A DNA stretch of 32,000 bases from Paramicrosporidium saccamoebae KSL3 (GCA_002794465.1 MTSL01000065.1:110450-142449); one strand, 5' to 3'. Counted from the first letter of the stretch, positions 1 to 12,294 are shown. Notes: generated by a model from the letters alone, not told the origin. Made by a program: numbers and translations.

Positions 1-176
1 GTTTCATTAATCTCATTAGCCAGCACCTATCGTCTTGGTCCATCAATTAATTGTAATTTACAAGTCGTATTTGTAGCCAAGAATAGCATTAGTACGCAAT
101 CTAACTGGTCTGCGTGACCCACAACGGCACTCTCTCGTTGGCTGGTATTTTTGGCATCATCGTAAAATTACACCAC

Positions 177-183
177 TATAAAA
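177..183 (+). promoter_or_regulatory. Candidate TATA box of the aspartic protease gene
   Basis: TATAAAA at 177-183, 28 nt upstream of ATG 212. Confidence 0.35.
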
Positions 184-211
184 CAGCATCGCGCCGGGGA
201 GACTTGGTAGA

Positions 212-1430
212 ATGTATCGATTACTCCCGATCGTCGTCGCCCTGTCCATCGGATCCCTCAGCGCCAAGGTGGTGAAACTTGATCTTAACAAAGTGGAGCC
301 GTCCTTGCCGCAATTGGATAATGCGCACAGCAACATGATGAACCGTTTCCAGAAGCTTGTAGCGGATGGCAAGCCAGTATCCGCACTGAGCCTGGTAAAC
401 AACATGGACACATCATACTATGGAACAATCCAGATTGGCTCACCACCGCAGGATTTCAATGTAATCTTTGACACGGGCTCCTCCGATCTGTGGGTAATGT
501 CAACGGACTGCGGCTCAATCGCATGTCAAGGCCACCCGCGCTTTGACTCAAAGATGTCGAGCACCTACAAGAACAATGGCACTAATTTTTCCATTGCCTA
601 CGGGACAGGACAGGTGTCGGGTAGTATTGGATATGTACCATAATAAGTTGTGCTGATCTTATCTTGTAGGACACCCTGACCATGTCTGGCTTAAAGATTC
701 GCAATCAAGGATTTGGTGAAACCAAGAGAGCTCCTGGAGCGGTAATCCCCAGAATTTATTGCTAAGCGTATAGACATTTATGAACACTCCGTTTAACGGT
801 CTCATGGGAATGGGATTTCAAGATCTGTCGAGTAGCAAGACGGTCACTCCGTTCCAAAACCTGCTTGCTCAAAAGCTCATTGACGAACCCGTCTTTGCCT
901 TCAAACTCAACCCAAAGGACTATAAAACTGGCGGTCAAATGACTCTTGGTGGTATGGATCCGGCAGATTATGAGGGCGAGATTACTTGGCTTCCATTGAC
1001 ACGCGCATTATACTGGGAAGTGTCCTTGGAGCACATTAAACTGGGCCGTTTTGAAATGAAGGATCCTGCGAGGGCAATCATTGATACCGGAACGTCACTC
1101 ATCGCATGTCCGTCGTACATGGCGGAATATCTAAACATGCAAATCAATGCACGTCCATCAAGTTCGGGATTATATTTTCTGGACTGTGCAACGCTCCCCA
1201 AGCTGCCTACTCTCAGTCTGAATCTTGGTGGTCATAAATTCAGCCTTTCGCCCGAAGAGTACGTTCTCAGATTTGATAATGTATGTGTCTCTGTGTTCTC
1301 TGGGCTGGATCTGCCTACCGATGATGGCCGACCAATGTGGATCCTGGGGGATGCATTCATCCGTAAATATTATTCGGTTTTCGATATGGGGAATCGTCGC
1401 ATTGGGCTTGCCAAGGCCAGACACTCTTAG
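212..1430 (+). CDS. Pepsin-family (A1) aspartic protease, Pep4/cathepsin D-like, with signal peptide
   Basis: Exons 212-634, 670-741, 774-1430; GT-AG introns of 35 and 32 nt keep frame. Catalytic motifs FDTGSS and [35 protein letters not shown]; hydrophobic N-terminus. Confidence 0.95.
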
Positions 1431-1875
1431 TTGTGGTCCTTTGGGTCTTAGAATAAAATATCTTGCAACCGTTTTGTAAGGTTAAAAGTAAGGACTGCCT
1501 GCAACTATAAGATAATGTTGATTAGCGAGTCGTGTTATCAAGATGTGTGGCGCCTTTATGGGTCAACACACTGGATTATGGGATGGTCTTTTGGACTGAG
1601 GACACCATCATAAGCGGATCTTGCTTGATATGTGGTAGACCTGCAAAATAGGGGATTAATGTCTGCGTAGAGTATGGTCAGACGAAAGAATTAGCCCCAA
1701 AAACCGTCACTCGCTTAAAGTTTTATGGCAATGAGCTCCTGCACATAGGATATTGTATCACCACGTAACACTGTCTAATAAATTGTAAATTATTAAGGCA
1801 CTACGACTCTACACCTGCTTACATTCTAACCCTTACGCCGCATATATTTCGCGGGGATGTTGTGGACCAATCAAA

Positions 1876-2410
1876 ATGTACAACGGGCTTGGACTGAGGA
1901 CAGCTCGCGGCTCTGGGACAAATGGATATGTGCAGCGAAACTTGAGTTTTGCAAAGCCCAAGCCGCAGGGAACATTTTCTTACGACCAGCCGCCGCCAAA
2001 GCCCGCCAGGAGGCCTAATGCAGACATTCTCTTGCACCGAAGCAAACGACAGATAGAAGTGGAATGTCTGACATACCAGGAAGAGCTGGAAGGATCAGAA
2101 AAGTAGGCCTACTTGTTGTTTGTTCTATTACTGTAGATATGCTGCAAAGGAGATTACAGAAAAGGTCGACAGCTTCCGGAAAAAGCAGCTCGCCAAACTC
2201 GAAGCTCATGTTAAGCGAAATTCCGAGAGTGCGCTGAAGGAAGAGAAGGAAACGGAGATGAACAGGATAAAGGATGCCTTTGGTATTAGCGATACTGCTG
2301 TGGAGGGACAGGCTTTTAAATTTGAATCAGAAAAGCAGAGGGAAGAGAGACTGGCTCGATATGCAGAAGAGGAGCGTCTTGAAAAGAGGAGGCGTCTCCG
2401 TGACCGCTAG
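1876..2410 (+). CDS. CWC21: Pre-mRNA splicing factor Cwc21/SRRM2 N-terminal (cwf21) protein
   Basis: MYNGLGLRTARGSGTNGYVQRNLS signature; intron 2103-2136 (34 nt) joins the two ORFs in frame. Confidence 0.92.
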
Positions 2411-2540
2411 CTAGTAGAAAGTAATATAGTTTTCTGTATAGCTGTATAGATGTGGTGTGTGTAGTCTCGTGTCACATCATATCATCGTGTAGTTTGTGAT
2501 TATTTCGGCTGATAATGCGACGGGGTTGCCTAGACCGACG

Positions 2541-3227
2541 ATGGGTGCAGATGGGGGCTCCATTCCCAAGCGCATAGAGCTTGTACGCACAAAGGCTCGT
2601 CCTCCCAATACCGAAACTGCCAAGCAATCCAAACTGGAATGCTGGAAGTACTGTGCGCTCAGTAAAGAGCTTCTTCAAGCACCTGTAGTAACCTGCAAGC
2701 TAGGTCGACTATACAACAAAGAGTCTATTCTAAAGTTTCTTCTGGACCGAAAGTCCTTCCCCGAAGCAGAGACTGCCCACATTAAAGGACTCAAAGATCT
2801 GGTAACACTAAATATGACACCAAACCAGTCATTCAAGCAGAACGACACAGTTAGGTCGACCCAAACGACCGACGCCGGTGCAAGTCCATTCATTTGTCCA
2901 GTGACTGGGAAAGAGATGAACGGCAACTTTCCGTTCGTCTATCTAAAAAGATGCGGGTGTGTATTATCTGAACAGGCACTGCGCGAAATTTCCGTCGAGT
3001 CGTGTCTAAAGTGTGGTAAGAAGCGTACAGCTGGCGATGTAGTCGAGCTGAACCCACGGAAGAGTGATATAGAGAGAAAGAGGCCAGCCGAGGTGCCTGC
3101 AAAGGTGCTCATTGATGATAGTGAGGAGACACCATACCTCCCCAGCGAGCGAGGCTACCGACCGTCGCTGAGTGGGTTGGCAACCTTTAGGAAGACGGCG
3201 GCAATAGATTCCTTGTACAAAAAGTAG
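2541..3227 (+). CDS. RTF2: Replication termination factor 2 (Rtf2, RING-like)
   Basis: MGADGGSIPKR start, CKLGRLYNKESIL, FICPVTGKEMNG, CGCV...CLKCG motifs; ATG at 2541. Confidence 0.9.
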   Translation: MGADGGSIPKRIELVRTKARPPNTETAKQSKLECWKYCALSKELLQAPVVTCKLGRLYNKESILKFLLDRKSFPEAETAHIKGLKDLVTLNMTPNQSFKQNDTVRSTQTTDAGASPFICPVTGKEMNGNFPFVYLKRCGCVLSEQALREISVESCLKCGKKRTAGDVVELNPRKSDIERKRPAEVPAKVLIDDSEETPYLPSERGYRPSLSGLATFRKTAAIDSLYKK

Positions 3228-3324
3228 TAAAATCCTAGCAGTTGACAAGTGGTAAAGCTGGCCCGAAAGACTCTGATGCTTTGTAGACAAGACAGTAACA
3301 GTAGATTTCTTGTATAAAAATACT

Positions 3325-4288
3325 TTAATCTGTACAAGTGTATGTGAGTAGAGGATCTACCATGGCGGGCTCAGACACACCGTACTCGGAAGCGTGAGCA
3401 ATGCAACACAGCAGCTGCATTAGTGAAATTTCGAGACAGGAGAGACGATCAGGATCCGGATTACTTAAAGAGAGCTTTTGCATTTTCCCAGTGGATGCGC
3501 GCACATTCGGTGGCTTTAATTGCTCCATTTGAGACGTTTTCCATAATATTTCGGCCGTCTCGACGTGTCCATGAAATCGTAGATAACCATAGACAAGGGC
3601 GAGTTCTTGATAAGGGAACAGATCAGGCACTTTGTTGATTTCCCCGTAAAAGCGTTGCTTTTGCTCCCTAACGTATGCACAAATGTCGAATAAGAATGGG
3701 TCAGCGCCAAAGTTTACTTTGAAACTCGATGCTGGGCTTTTTGACGAAATGGCCGCATGTATTACCTTCATCCTTGTCAGGTCATAGCTAATCAGCGCTC
3801 CCTGCGCCTGTCCATTCTTGGTAAATAGGACTTGATTTGTGTGAAAATTGATCAGACACCCGACTGTATCATCAGTGCCATATGGGTTTAGACTGCGCAC
3901 CGAAATAGCACCGGCGCCATTGTACACCTTTCCATCATCTCCGTGATAGCCAATGGAACGCTCCTCCCATCCGATGAGTTTCTCGAGATCGTTTCCCTCC
4001 TCCACCACCCCCATCGTCACAAACCTACAAATAAGAGCCACCCACCCCATCCCATCCATACCCGTTCCGCCCCGCATCAACAACCAGGACTTCAAAATAA
4101 AAGATTGCACACTGTGAAGGAATGTGCTGAAGACTGATCGCCATCGCCGCACAGCAGCCCGTCCCGCCACGATAATCGAGAGAGAGACCGTCATCATCCA
4201 CAATAATGTGGCGACCACACTGAATGAGGTCCAGACGACTGGGCACTGGCCATTGGTCGTGATCGTGGTGCAGAAGAGTCCAATACAT
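3325..4288 (-). CDS. SPRY + LisH protein, RanBP9/10 (Gid1/Vid30)-like
   Basis: Exons 4288-4062 and 4024-3325, intron 4025-4061 (37 nt). SPRY motifs YFEV, IGWEERSIGYHGDDG, DTVGCLIN, FTKNG, VNFGADPFLFD; LisH-like LVYGYLRFHGHVETAEIL; ATTAAA overlaps the stop. Confidence 0.82.
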
Positions 4289-4314
4289 AGCGATAAGACA
4301 CCCTGGTGGGCTCG

Positions 4315-4786
4315 ATGGGTAAAGCAGCCAAGAAGACTGTTCAGAAGGTGCAGAACGCTGCAGTACTAATTAAGGTTGAGCTTATTAAACTTTAGCCGTC
4401 AAAAAGTGTAAAGAAAGAGGACAGACAACGAGCCAAAAGGGCAACATGGTCCACCAGGATCAGCAAGCTCTCGGTAGACAGGACATTAGAAACTCAGTCA
4501 AAGAACGCTCCTCTAAAGCACTTTGAGCTAATGCAAACCTCTCTGGTTAATATAAAAAAAGAGTTGGACACTAAGAAAACCCCCACAAAGGCCGACCTGA
4601 ACAGGAAAAAAGTGGTGTCTGCTCGCGGTCGCGCACACGCCCTGTAGCTCTCTGTCATATTTCTCATCATATAGAGCCAAGGAACGTGCACAGTTTAGCC
4701 TCGTGATGCGCCATCCTGCCTTCCAACGTGATCCAATCGGCACCATCCATACCCATTTAACCCAGTCCTTACGGGAAAATAAATAA
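4315..4786 (+). CDS. SLX9: Ribosome biogenesis protein SLX9/FAM207A-like (absent from ORF track)
   Basis: Exons 4315-4362, 4396-4643, 4675-4786; introns of 33 and 31 nt keep frame. Basic KKEDRQRAKRATWSTRI segment and C-terminal ERAQFSLVMRHPAFQRDPIGTIHTHL motif typical of the family; AATAAA just before the stop. Confidence 0.72.
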
Positions 4787-4790
4787 CCGC

Positions 4791-5666
4791 ATGGCTGATA
4801 ATAGTGTACAAGAGGCCGAGCGGCTTTTGGTAGAAGCAGAACAGTGCGCCAAGCCCCGCAAAATTCTGTTCTTTTCAGCTTCACCGGATTATACGGAGGC
4901 GGCTGAGCGGTATAACAGGGCGGGCAATGCCTTTAAAAGCTGCAAGGAGTGGAGGTCTGCGGGAGATGCGTTCTGCAAGGCAGCCGAGATGGACGTGGCC
5001 GCAGGAGAGGTAGACGAGTCTGCTCGCAAGCTGCTTAATGCTGCTTCTTGCTACAAAAAATGTGACCCGGCTGAAGCCGTCACTAACATTCAGGCCGCGT
5101 TGGAGGTGTTGCTGCGGTCTGGAAGGTTTCACCTGGCAGCAGCTCATGAGAAGGAGATTGCCGAAATTTACGAGACTCAGTTGGACGATGCAAAGAACGC
5201 AATGGCATACTACGAACGCGCTGCCGAGCGGTACGCTGGAGAAGACTCGAATTCAATGGCGCAGAGTTGCAGACTGAAGGCGGCTACACTGGCGGCCATT
5301 TCGGGTCAGTACGAGCGTGCTGCAATGATTTTCGAAGAAGCGGCCAGCGAGTCGGTCAATGACCAGCTTAGAAAGTATTCCGTGCGAGACTTTCTCCTTA
5401 AGGGCGGCATTTGTCGTTTGTGCAGCGAAGACCGGATTGCGGGAAAGCGCTGTATTGAAGGCTATCCCATGATTGATGCCTCCTTTGCAAGTAGTCGAGA
5501 ATACAAGTTGCTAAATGACATCCTCGAGGCCTTGGATAATGAGGATGTGGAAGCATTCACCGACATTGTTTCTACATTTGATCGCACCAATGCTCTGGAT
5601 GATTGGAAGACAAAGATGCTGCTGAGGATCAAAAAGAACTTTAGTGAGGAACCCGATCTGACATGA
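4791..5666 (+). CDS. SEC17: Alpha-SNAP (soluble NSF attachment protein)
   Basis: EAAERYNRAGNAFK, GRFHLAAAHEKEIAEIYE, SREYKLL, LDDWKTKMLLRIK motifs; single exon. Confidence 0.96.
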   Translation: MADNSVQEAERLLVEAEQCAKPRKILFFSASPDYTEAAERYNRAGNAFKSCKEWRSAGDAFCKAAEMDVAAGEVDESARKLLNAASCYKKCDPAEAVTNIQAALEVLLRSGRFHLAAAHEKEIAEIYETQLDDAKNAMAYYERAAERYAGEDSNSMAQSCRLKAATLAAISGQYERAAMIFEEAASESVNDQLRKYSVRDFLLKGGICRLCSEDRIAGKRCIEGYPMIDASFASSREYKLLNDILEALDNEDVEAFTDIVSTFDRTNALDDWKTKMLLRIKKNFSEEPDLT

Positions 5667-5758
5667 TCAATCATGTAATAAAGCTGTATAATTTTATGCA
5701 TGATTCATGATAATGGGTCGGGTTCTTGAACTCGACTTTCCATGCAACTCCCAGGGTA

Positions 5759-6001
5759 ATGGGCCTGTCAGGGCTGCAGAAAGAGGTACTCCAACTGTAT
5801 AGACAATTCCAGCGCACAGTCCACCGACGCAGCATGGGGGTGCAGACAAGTGAGTTTGTGAGAATAGAATTTGAACGCAACAAAAACATACCTCTCCGAG
5901 ATGTCTCTACTATTGAGTATTTGCTACGCCGCGGTCGAGGTCAGCTAGAATGGTTTCAGAAAATGGATGTCGGGAATGTACAGCATTGGTACCCACGATA
6001 A
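5759..6001 (+). CDS. SDH6: LYR-motif succinate dehydrogenase assembly factor 1 (SDHAF1/Sdh6)
   Basis: LSGLQKEVLQLYR, IEYLLRRGRGQLE motifs; ATG at 5759. Confidence 0.85.
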   Translation: MGLSGLQKEVLQLYRQFQRTVHRRSMGVQTSEFVRIEFERNKNIPLRDVSTIEYLLRRGRGQLEWFQKMDVGNVQHWYPR

Positions 6002-6014
6002 TAAAGTCTATTCA

Positions 6015-9000
6015 TCAGGGGCGATCTAAAATATCGTCTATAGCCGTGCGTCCCGTTGACCTTGACTCAATCGGCTTGGCGGAGTCTCTATTTCGTACAG
6101 GCAGGCCCCCCTGTTGTTGATGTACAATCTTCTTCTGGGTGGCAGTCTAGAGTTACAGTAAGGTAGACCATCTTACCTGAATGACAGTAGGTGCTTTCAC
6201 GACAGGCAGCTCAGCGGGACGGCTATTGTCAAACTTTCTGGCGTACAAGTTCATCGGTCTGCGTGCCCTCGCTGCATCATCCCATGTCCTGGAATTATAG
6301 GGGACGAAACAGTCTCTGGCCTTGGAATCATCAACCATTGCCTTCCAGATTGGATTTTGGATCAACGTCGAGACCTTTCCCAAGACGAACAATGAGCATT
6401 TGGCACGTGTAAGCGCCACATTGAGACGCCGTGTATCATTCAGGAAGCCAATCCCCTTATTTTCGCCGGTACGAACACACGAAAATATAATCACCTCTCG
6501 CTCCTGTCCCTGGAAGCCGTCCTATTGAATTAACCACAGGCAAATGCCAATCTACCACGGTGCTAATTTCAATGGCTCGTAGCGCCTCGTGCCCGAAACG
6601 GTGAGAAATTTCGCTTTTCAGCGCTCTCCTCTGGTCTCTGTAAGGGGTCACTATGCCAATCTTTCCTGCCATCTACAGCGATCAACAACCAATCCACCTC
6701 CTGGGTACCTCAATGTTAGGAGCGCTATGGCAGATCATGGAAATTAGATCGGCAGCGATCCGAGCCTCCGCTGCATTCATCTTTGACCGACTCTCCACTC
6801 CCGACTGACGCTTCCATGTTCCCTCACTACCCGAAACATCAAATAGTCTAAACGGACCCAATAGCCGAGTGCTATGCCAAGGTCTCTTATTAACCGACTC
6901 CATGGATGGCCCATCAACGAGATGGCCTTGGTAAAAGTAGCTGTTGGGAAACCTGCTGATTTCGGGATGCATTCGATACTGAGTGTCCAAGAGAAGAACA
7001 CTCTCGGGACACTGCTTCTGCAATCTTACAAACAGACTTTGCTCATAGGAAAAGACTCCGGCCATTTGAGAAATCACTGTCGGTGGAAGCTGATTCGGAT
7101 CTAAAATAATTAGCAACAGCTTGCGGATACCGCCAACAAGAATGCACTGACGACAATTGTGTTGAAGTGGAACAAGACAACTAAGCTCCACCGCCTGGCA
7201 GGCTTCGTCAATGATTAAATAGTCAAAGTCAATACGGGACAAAATGTCATGGCCACTACTGCTCAAAGTGCAGCAGACAATTTGTGCATCACCCAGAATT
7301 TTCTTCCTCAAGTTGGAACGTGTATCGTCAAGAAACTTTGTGTTTTTGCGCACATTCTCCCTTGCCTCCCAGAGCAAAGTCTTGAGCGACTTTATTTGAT
7401 CTTCACGACGAGCCTGTTCTGCATTGTGCAAAGAATTCTTCAGCTCATCACATGATCGGCGTTGCGTTTCCAAAAGCTTGATGCTATTTGCTGTTGAGGC
7501 TGCAAGCAGTGCATCCACCTGGCTATCCAAAGTCAGATCCTTAACCTGATCTGATATCATATCTAAAGAGCCAATTCGTAGAATCTTGGTTTTAAATCTA
7601 TGGCCCGCTCCCGACACCAGACCATGTCGGATCCTTCGTACAATCTCGTCAATTGCCGCATTTGATGGCGCACAAATCATGACCTTGGTCTTATTATCTA
7701 CACCCACTCGCCCTAACAGAACCCCTAACAGAGCCTCAATGGTCTTTGTTTTCCCGGTGCCAGGGGGACCTTGGATCAGAGTGATGGGATTGACGTTTTG
7801 GACGACGGCGCTGATGGCTCGGGCTTGCGACATGTTAATGTCCAAGGCTTTACTAATCCCACCCAGTTCAGTAGAGACTCCAATGGCCTTAACCGACGCC
7901 AATTTTGGTGAGAATATCGCAGGCGCTAGTGTCAGATGACCCACCATATGCATGGCCGTGTACTCACGCAGACTTGTAATTACATTTCCAATTTTTTGGA
8001 ATTTCAACTTTAGACCCTCTCTCAACTCAATCTGCACGGCTGCCTTTTCGTTTGGAATAGACAACCGAATGACAATCTCCAATACTCCGCCCTTTGTCCC
8101 AGACTGCACTATAATTGCAGTCTGGGTTTCGCGAGGATTGTCAAAAAATACAATCAGATAGTCTTGATCGCACATCCAAACTCGATCATCATCTCTGTCG
8201 CGGTCATCCTGAAGCACCACCTCATGAAAGTCATCCACATGAGCAACACCCGCAATCCTTAGCGACAGAGTCTCATTGTTAACCGATTCTTCTCTTGAGC
8301 GGGCAAGCTGTGCACGGCACTCAATGAACAATAATGGCTCGAAAATGGAAGTGTAGTGTGCAGCATCAGCAAAGGTGCCAGGAACATTACAAATTGTAGC
8401 GTCATCAGGCAGAGACTCAATATCGCCCAGATTAAAGTGCAAAATCGTCCTATGGAACTGCCGGATGAGATTTGTTTCAGTGACATGGCCCATGCTGTCG
8501 CTTTTTGATGTCCCTTTCTTGTTGTTGGAACCCTCAGCCAGATCAATGAGCTTCACAGAGCGGTTAGCAATCGGAATATCTAATGGGACAGCAGGCGTCT
8601 TGGAAAAACCCAGACCGCCATAGTCTTCATCCGGATCCGATTCGCTAGTACTACTTCGAATATACTCAATTTTTTGAGGCTTATTAATTGGCCCGGATAT
8701 CCCTCTCCTCTTCGGTACAGGCGGTGCATCTCGGATCGCATCAGCTCGAAGTTGTCCAATCTTTGTCATAGGCTTGAGAGCTATTGGGATCACGTTGCTT
8801 CGAAGCGCCACCGGCAAGGCTCGTTCACGACGACGGTCCTGTGCACTATTAAATTCACTAAGGGCATGCTTCTCAACATCTTCATCAGTAAACAGAGGCG
8901 GCCGCTTTCCAGACAACTCGGCTTTGGCCGGGTCGGCTGGTGGCCTTGGAAGGATAATCGAGGTCGCCATTTCATAACTGTCTATGTAATTATTCAATCT

Positions 9001-11130
9001 TGAACGATCCTCTGAACCAAACTTGACCGTGGTAAGTAGCAATCCCAACAGCCCCACCACTGTTGGAGAAATCCGTATGCTACAACACCTTGCGAAATCT
9101 ATCAGCACTGAAATAATGCGGCTGGCACGTGAGCTGTCGATTTTGGTATCACTACCAGCATAATTAAAGTGTGTTGTAGCTAGTCTCGTGAATTCCTCTC
9201 CATTTAGCGATGTGGACTTTAGTGCGAGCTTTCGGTTTTGAGGTTTGATAGATTTACGAATACGGACTATAAAATCGAGAAGCCTCTCCAAATTTTGGCC
9301 CATAGTTCGATCAACACTACCATTTGATCCATCAGAAGCAACGATCAAAGAGACCCGAACACTTAACTGCAAAACAGAGTTCAAAAGAGCATTGCTCTCT
9401 GGAAATAAATCGACAATTGTCGCACCAGAGTCATCAACAAAGAAGACGGCGAGAAAGCTGTCAAGGAATAGCCGAGTCACCTCGAATGAGAGACTTTTTG
9501 GAATCCCATTCCGCTGGAGCCGCATAAACCCATCAATGAAATATTGTGGGTATGATTTTAGTAACTTCTGGACTTGGCTCACACTTCTACCACTGTAATG
9601 TAGAACCATTAGAATCACTGTTGTAGCAGCATCCTCTGTAAACGCATCTAGTGGCAGCCGGTCGCAGATTATTGCTATCAGAAATTGCCTCTTGACGGCA
9701 AAAGCAGCACAGTCCACCTTGGATCTTATCAGTAAGCGTAAAGATTCTCTAATGACAATCCCACTATGAGTCTCCATTTTCATTAAATCTGCCAGCATGC
9801 GAGCAAATCCGCGAAACTCTGTACTGCCTTCTGACTGCCAGAGGTACGAGTCCAAGTTCCAGCAAATCTCAGCCATGGTACTTGTAACATGTGGATCCAA
9901 CATATTTAGCACTTTTGCTTGATGCATGCATGCAGAAAGCAGTCTGTACAATTGCTGTTCATACCTGGGAAGAAGGAGTGGCAAAATGTCATCGCGTATC
10001 ATGTCCGCTAGCAATTTAAAGAGGCATTGGAGGGAGGACTGAGAGTGGATTAACGTGACAATAGGAATAATGCTATCCCCAATAGCTATCAAAAGTTGCA
10101 CGTTGGAATGGAATATCGACCACTGTCGCAGGGCGTGGATCCAAATCAACTTTACACCGGCATGTGATTCGGATCCAAGAAGAATGTCCTTTAGGTAAGC
10201 TGATTTACAAATAGAGTCGACGAGCAAACTCCAAATCGGTTCCGGCAAGTCTGTGTGAGATTCCAAGACGAAATTGATTGCATCTACAGTCGTTGTGCAC
10301 CTTGCAGGGTTGCCAAGTGATTTTAACAGTTGTCGCAGCAAGGAGCATACAGATGACTGCGGCAAATTAGTAGGACCCCACCGAGAGACAAGAATCAGCG
10401 AGGCAAAGTTGTCGGGATTGGACGAATCCAAATCCTCGACCAGTTTCCCAACATCTATAGAGCCGGCAGGAAAATTGTCTGGTCGTTCAATTTTAGAGTC
10501 TTTGAGAACGGAGGAGGCCCACTGGCGAACTGACTGGTTCGTGTCAAATAGACATGCGATAACACCGGGTAATACTCTGTTGATGCGAATCATTCGCTTT
10601 GACGTCACTAATGCGGTCAGTACTTGCGAAAAGTCCTCATGAAGAACGGCGATTTGCAAATGATCTGGAAATAGTAGCAGTTCATACAACGCATACAACA
10701 AGGCCGGTGTCTTGGCGTCTATCCTCTCTTCCAAGAACGCCCCCAAAGCACTACCAATACGTGCCGCATCAAACTCTGAAACCTTTTCCCAGAACGCCTC
10801 CAACGTGTGCGTCTCATACAATTTCGAAAAGGCCGCCTTTAGCTCTGGTCTGGCCGCGTAATATTTCTCCATGCAATCTGAACACGACTGGAGACTCTCG
10901 ATGGTGCGTTCGCAGAACCAAGACTGGCATTCGTTTTGGGGAAAGGAAAGGAGGCGAAGAAGCTCGCCAGCGAGCCGCGTGTGTCGACACCAGATACACG
11001 GAGACTCTTTCAACAACTTGATACCGCGCATAAAAATCTCACGGTCGATTTGCAGGTCAGAGGGGTTGCGGTACTTTTGAGCAATTAGGTCCATGATATC
11101 GGCAACATCCTTCTCTGCAGGTTCCCGCAT
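6015..11130 (-). CDS. SEN1: Sen1/senataxin Upf1-like superfamily 1 helicase
   Basis: Exons 11130-7131, 7100-6709, 6672-6556, 6521-6177, 6146-6015 (introns 30, 36, 34, 30 nt). Sen1 N-terminal CSDCMEKYY region, LIQGPPGTGKT, CAPSNAAIDE, IIDEACQ, ILVGDPNQLPPTV after splicing, TQYRMHP, STVDGFQGQE, RRLNVALTRAK. Confidence 0.93.
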
Positions 11131-11457
11131 TAGGGAAAAAGATTAATGTCGAAACCACGTTTTATTTTGCGACTAAACCAAAGAGAATACACACGCCATT
11201 TCAAGGGAAGCTGATAATCTTGTACTGCTGCATAGTGGGTCAGTGAGTCGGAGGATCGGGTGGTAAAGGAACTCTTTGGTTGTCAGTTAAAACGTACTTT
11301 TAGTTTCCTGGCCCTGCTATTGCTGATCATAACGATTAATCTACTAAATATTGCCAATCCGACATTTCCCAAATAAATATACTGCATCACAGTAGTATAG
11401 TGTGATCAACTCGAAAAATACTTGTACTCCAAGTTAATGGATGTCGATAGCTTTGTT

Positions 11458-12294
11458 TTATTGTGTGACCAGGCCAAGAAGGAATCTGCGCACAGAATCA
11501 ATGGAATGGTCCTCTAGACGTGCATCGTGGACTATCTGAACACGCTTGTTAAGGGAGGAGAGCTGACGGATGGCCTTGAGCGTTATTTCGGGACATCCAA
11601 CTAGCTCAACCTTGCGTAGTCTAGGACATTCGGCAATCACGGCCTGTACCTGATATGGCTGCACTCCATCTATGTGATTCATGGCTAGCACTTTCAATTC
11701 CGACATTCCCTGCACAATGGCAGGTAGTTCTTGGGTGTCTAGTACATGGCATCTGCTGATCGATACCTTCCTTAACGAAGACGGACCGGTAGAAATCCTT
11801 CGCAGCCCTGCCGCTGATACCATGCATCCTTCTAATGATAGTTCCTCTAGGCTGGAACAATATTGGGCAATATTCTCCATTGTCACGTTTGTGAGACGGA
11901 AAAGTCGGGATAGATTAAGTCTTTTGATCTGAGGGCCATGTGCTATCAGGAGGGCCTCTAATCCGCCGTCCGTCAGGTCTGGATTCCGCGTTAGATTCAA
12001 GACTTGAATTTTTGTAAAATGCTGCGCGATAAAGGACAGGTCTGTGTCATCAATATCGGCGGCCGCAAGACTGATCCGGACGGCCTGGCTTGAAGTCTTA
12101 TCAGAGAGCGCAGTTCGTAGGTCGCTTCGACTGGAAATGTGCAATGTCCTGTTATGCCAATAATGACCCGACTCTAGCAGATCCGTAACTGGGGAGAAAT
12201 GCCTCATTTGCAGTATCATTTTGTAGTCCAGGTGCAATGCCACCTGAGCCAGAAGCTCTAGAGGTAGAGGCGACGCGGTATCGAACATTGTCAT
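11458..12294 (-). CDS. F-box / cysteine-containing leucine-rich repeat protein (FBXL-like)
   Basis: LPLELLAQVALHLD F-box-like start followed by LxxLxLxxCxxxT repeats; first ATG in frame at 12294. Confidence 0.8.
   Translation of the reverse strand: MTMFDTASPLPLELLAQVALHLDYKMILQMRHFSPVTDLLESGHYWHNRTLHISSRSDLRTALSDKTSSQAVRISLAAADIDDTDLSFIAQHFTKIQVLNLTRNPDLTDGGLEALLIAHGPQIKRLNLSRLFRLTNVTMENIAQYCSSLEELSLEGCMVSAAGLRRISTGPSSLRKVSISRCHVLDTQELPAIVQGMSELKVLAMNHIDGVQPYQVQAVIAECPRLRKVELVGCPEITLKAIRQLSSLNKRVQIVHDARLEDHSIDSVRRFLLGLVTQ

Noticed and set aside
11270-11390. Possible box C/D snoRNA on the minus strand (GTGATGC ... ATGATCA ... CTGA)
   Set aside because: Box C is imperfect, no terminal stem, and I could not match a guide to rRNA; needs snoscan or Infernal
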